Shown piece after piece: positions 62,501 through 64,000 of a stretch of 64,000 nt of DNA. Every line of letters starts with the position of its first letter. The first letter of the stretch is position 1. The notes below the pieces were generated by a model, which had not been told where the DNA came from, ran no database searches, and saw only the letters and a program-made list of their open reading frames with translations. A program made the translations under genes and the position numbers. Source of the DNA: Balanoglossus misakiensis (Eukaryota > Animalia > Hemichordata); contig CM082593.2 in assembly GCA_040954595.2 (NCBI GenBank), forward strand, positions 10,177,200 through 10,241,199, read 5' to 3'.

Positions 62501-64000
62501 CCCTTGATCTACTTGGATATGTCTCTTGTTAAAAAGCACAACAGTCATGATTGTGTTCACACGAGTTTTATTGCTGCCAGGACATAACCCAAATATTTTG
62601 TTAAGTTTGGTAATGACCCTTGATCTTCTTGGATATGTCTCTTGTTAAAAAGCACAACTGTCATGATTTTGTTCACATGAGTTTTATTGCTGCCAGGACA
62701 TAACCCAAATATTTTGATAATTTTGGCAATGACCCTTGATCTACTTGGATATGTCTCTTGTTAAAAAGCACAACAGTCAGGATTTTGTTCACATGAGTTT
62801 TATCACTGCCAGGACATAACCCAAATATATTGATAATTTTGGCAATGACCCTTGATCTACTTGGATATGTCTCTTGTTAAAATACACAACAGTCTTGATT
62901 TTGTTCACATGAGTTTTATCGCTGCCAGGACATAACCCAAATATTTTGATAATTTTGGCAATGACCCTTGATCTACTTGGATATGTCTCTTGTTAAAAAG
63001 CACAACAGTCATGATTGTGTTAACACGAGTTTTATTGCTGCCAGGACATAACCCAAATATTTTGATAATTTTGGCAATGACCCTTGATCTTCTTGGATAT
63101 GTCTCTTGTTAAAAAGCACAACAGTCATGATTTTGTTCACATGAGTTTTATTGCTGCCAGGACATAACCCAAATATTTTGATAATTTTGGCAATGACCCT
63201 TGATCGACTTGGATATGTCTCTTGTTAAAAAGCACAACAGTCATGATTTTGTTTACGTGACTACTATTGCTGCCAGGACTTAACCCAAATATTTTGATAA
63301 TTTTGGCAATGACCCTTGATCTACTTAGATATGTCTCTTGATAAAAAGCACAACAGTCATGATTGTGTTCACACGAGTTTTATTGCTGCCAGGACATAAC
63401 CCAAATATTTTTATAATTTTGGCCATGACCCTTGATCTACTTGGATATGTCTCTTGATAATAAGCACAACAGTCATGATTGTGTTCACATGAGTTTTATT
63501 GCTGCCAGGACATAACCCAAATATTTTGATAATTTTGGTAATGACCCTTGATCTTCTTGGATATGTCTCTTGTTAAAAAGCACAACAGTCATGATTGTGT
63601 TCACACGAGTTTTATTGCTGCCAGGACATAACCCAAATATTTTGATAATTTTGGCAATGACCCTTGATCTACTTGGATATGTCTCTTGATAAAAAGCACA
63701 ACAGTCATGATTGTGTTCACATGAGTTTTATTGCTGCCAGGACATAACCCAAATATTTTGATAATTTTGGTAATGACCCTTGATCTTCTTGGATATGTCT
63801 CTTGTTAAAAAGCACAACAGTCATGATTGTGTTCACACGAGTTTTATTGCTGCCAGGACATAACCCAAATATTTCGATAATTTTGGCAATGACCCTTGAT
63901 CTACTTGGATATGTCTCTTGTTAAAAAGCACAACAGTCAGGATTTTGTTCACATGAGTTTTATCACTGCCAGGACATAACCCAAATATATTGATAATTTT
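56594..64000. repeat. 116-bp satellite DNA (>60 monomers, runs off the window end) with higher-order structure
   Basis: ACTTGGATATGTCTC at 56711, 56827, 56943 and onward (period 116). Diagnostic variants recur at 5336-bp spacing. Confidence 0.97.

Overview
AT-rich, intron-rich animal genomic DNA; the repeat content and proteins suggest a marine invertebrate, but the species cannot be determined here. The backbone is a decayed, partly tandem-duplicated MED25-like gene on the + strand (7700-44949). Its VWA, S/T/Q-rich, polyQ/LxxLL and C-terminal exons are recognisable. No ACID/PTOV exons were found, and that interval holds a duplicated block of calcium-binding EGF exons. The main feature is an 11.1-kb EnSpm/CACTA-type DNA transposon (10148-21276) in one MED25 intron, with CCC...GGG TIRs and a TT TSD confirmed by an empty site in the duplicate copy. 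It carries a 3-exon Tnp2-family transposase and a divergent 7-exon coiled-coil + BEN-domain gene. The two genes share a mirror-symmetric promoter with Staf/ZNF143-like sites, and both element ends carry palindrome-rich subterminal arrays. Other elements include an ISL2EU-like THAP/YqaJ relic with an internal inversion, piggyBac relics, many MITEs and LINE tails. The window ends in a 116-bp satellite with a 46-mer higher-order repeat; its progenitor ~0.9-kb unit lies directly upstream. All calls come from manual reading, with no database searches.
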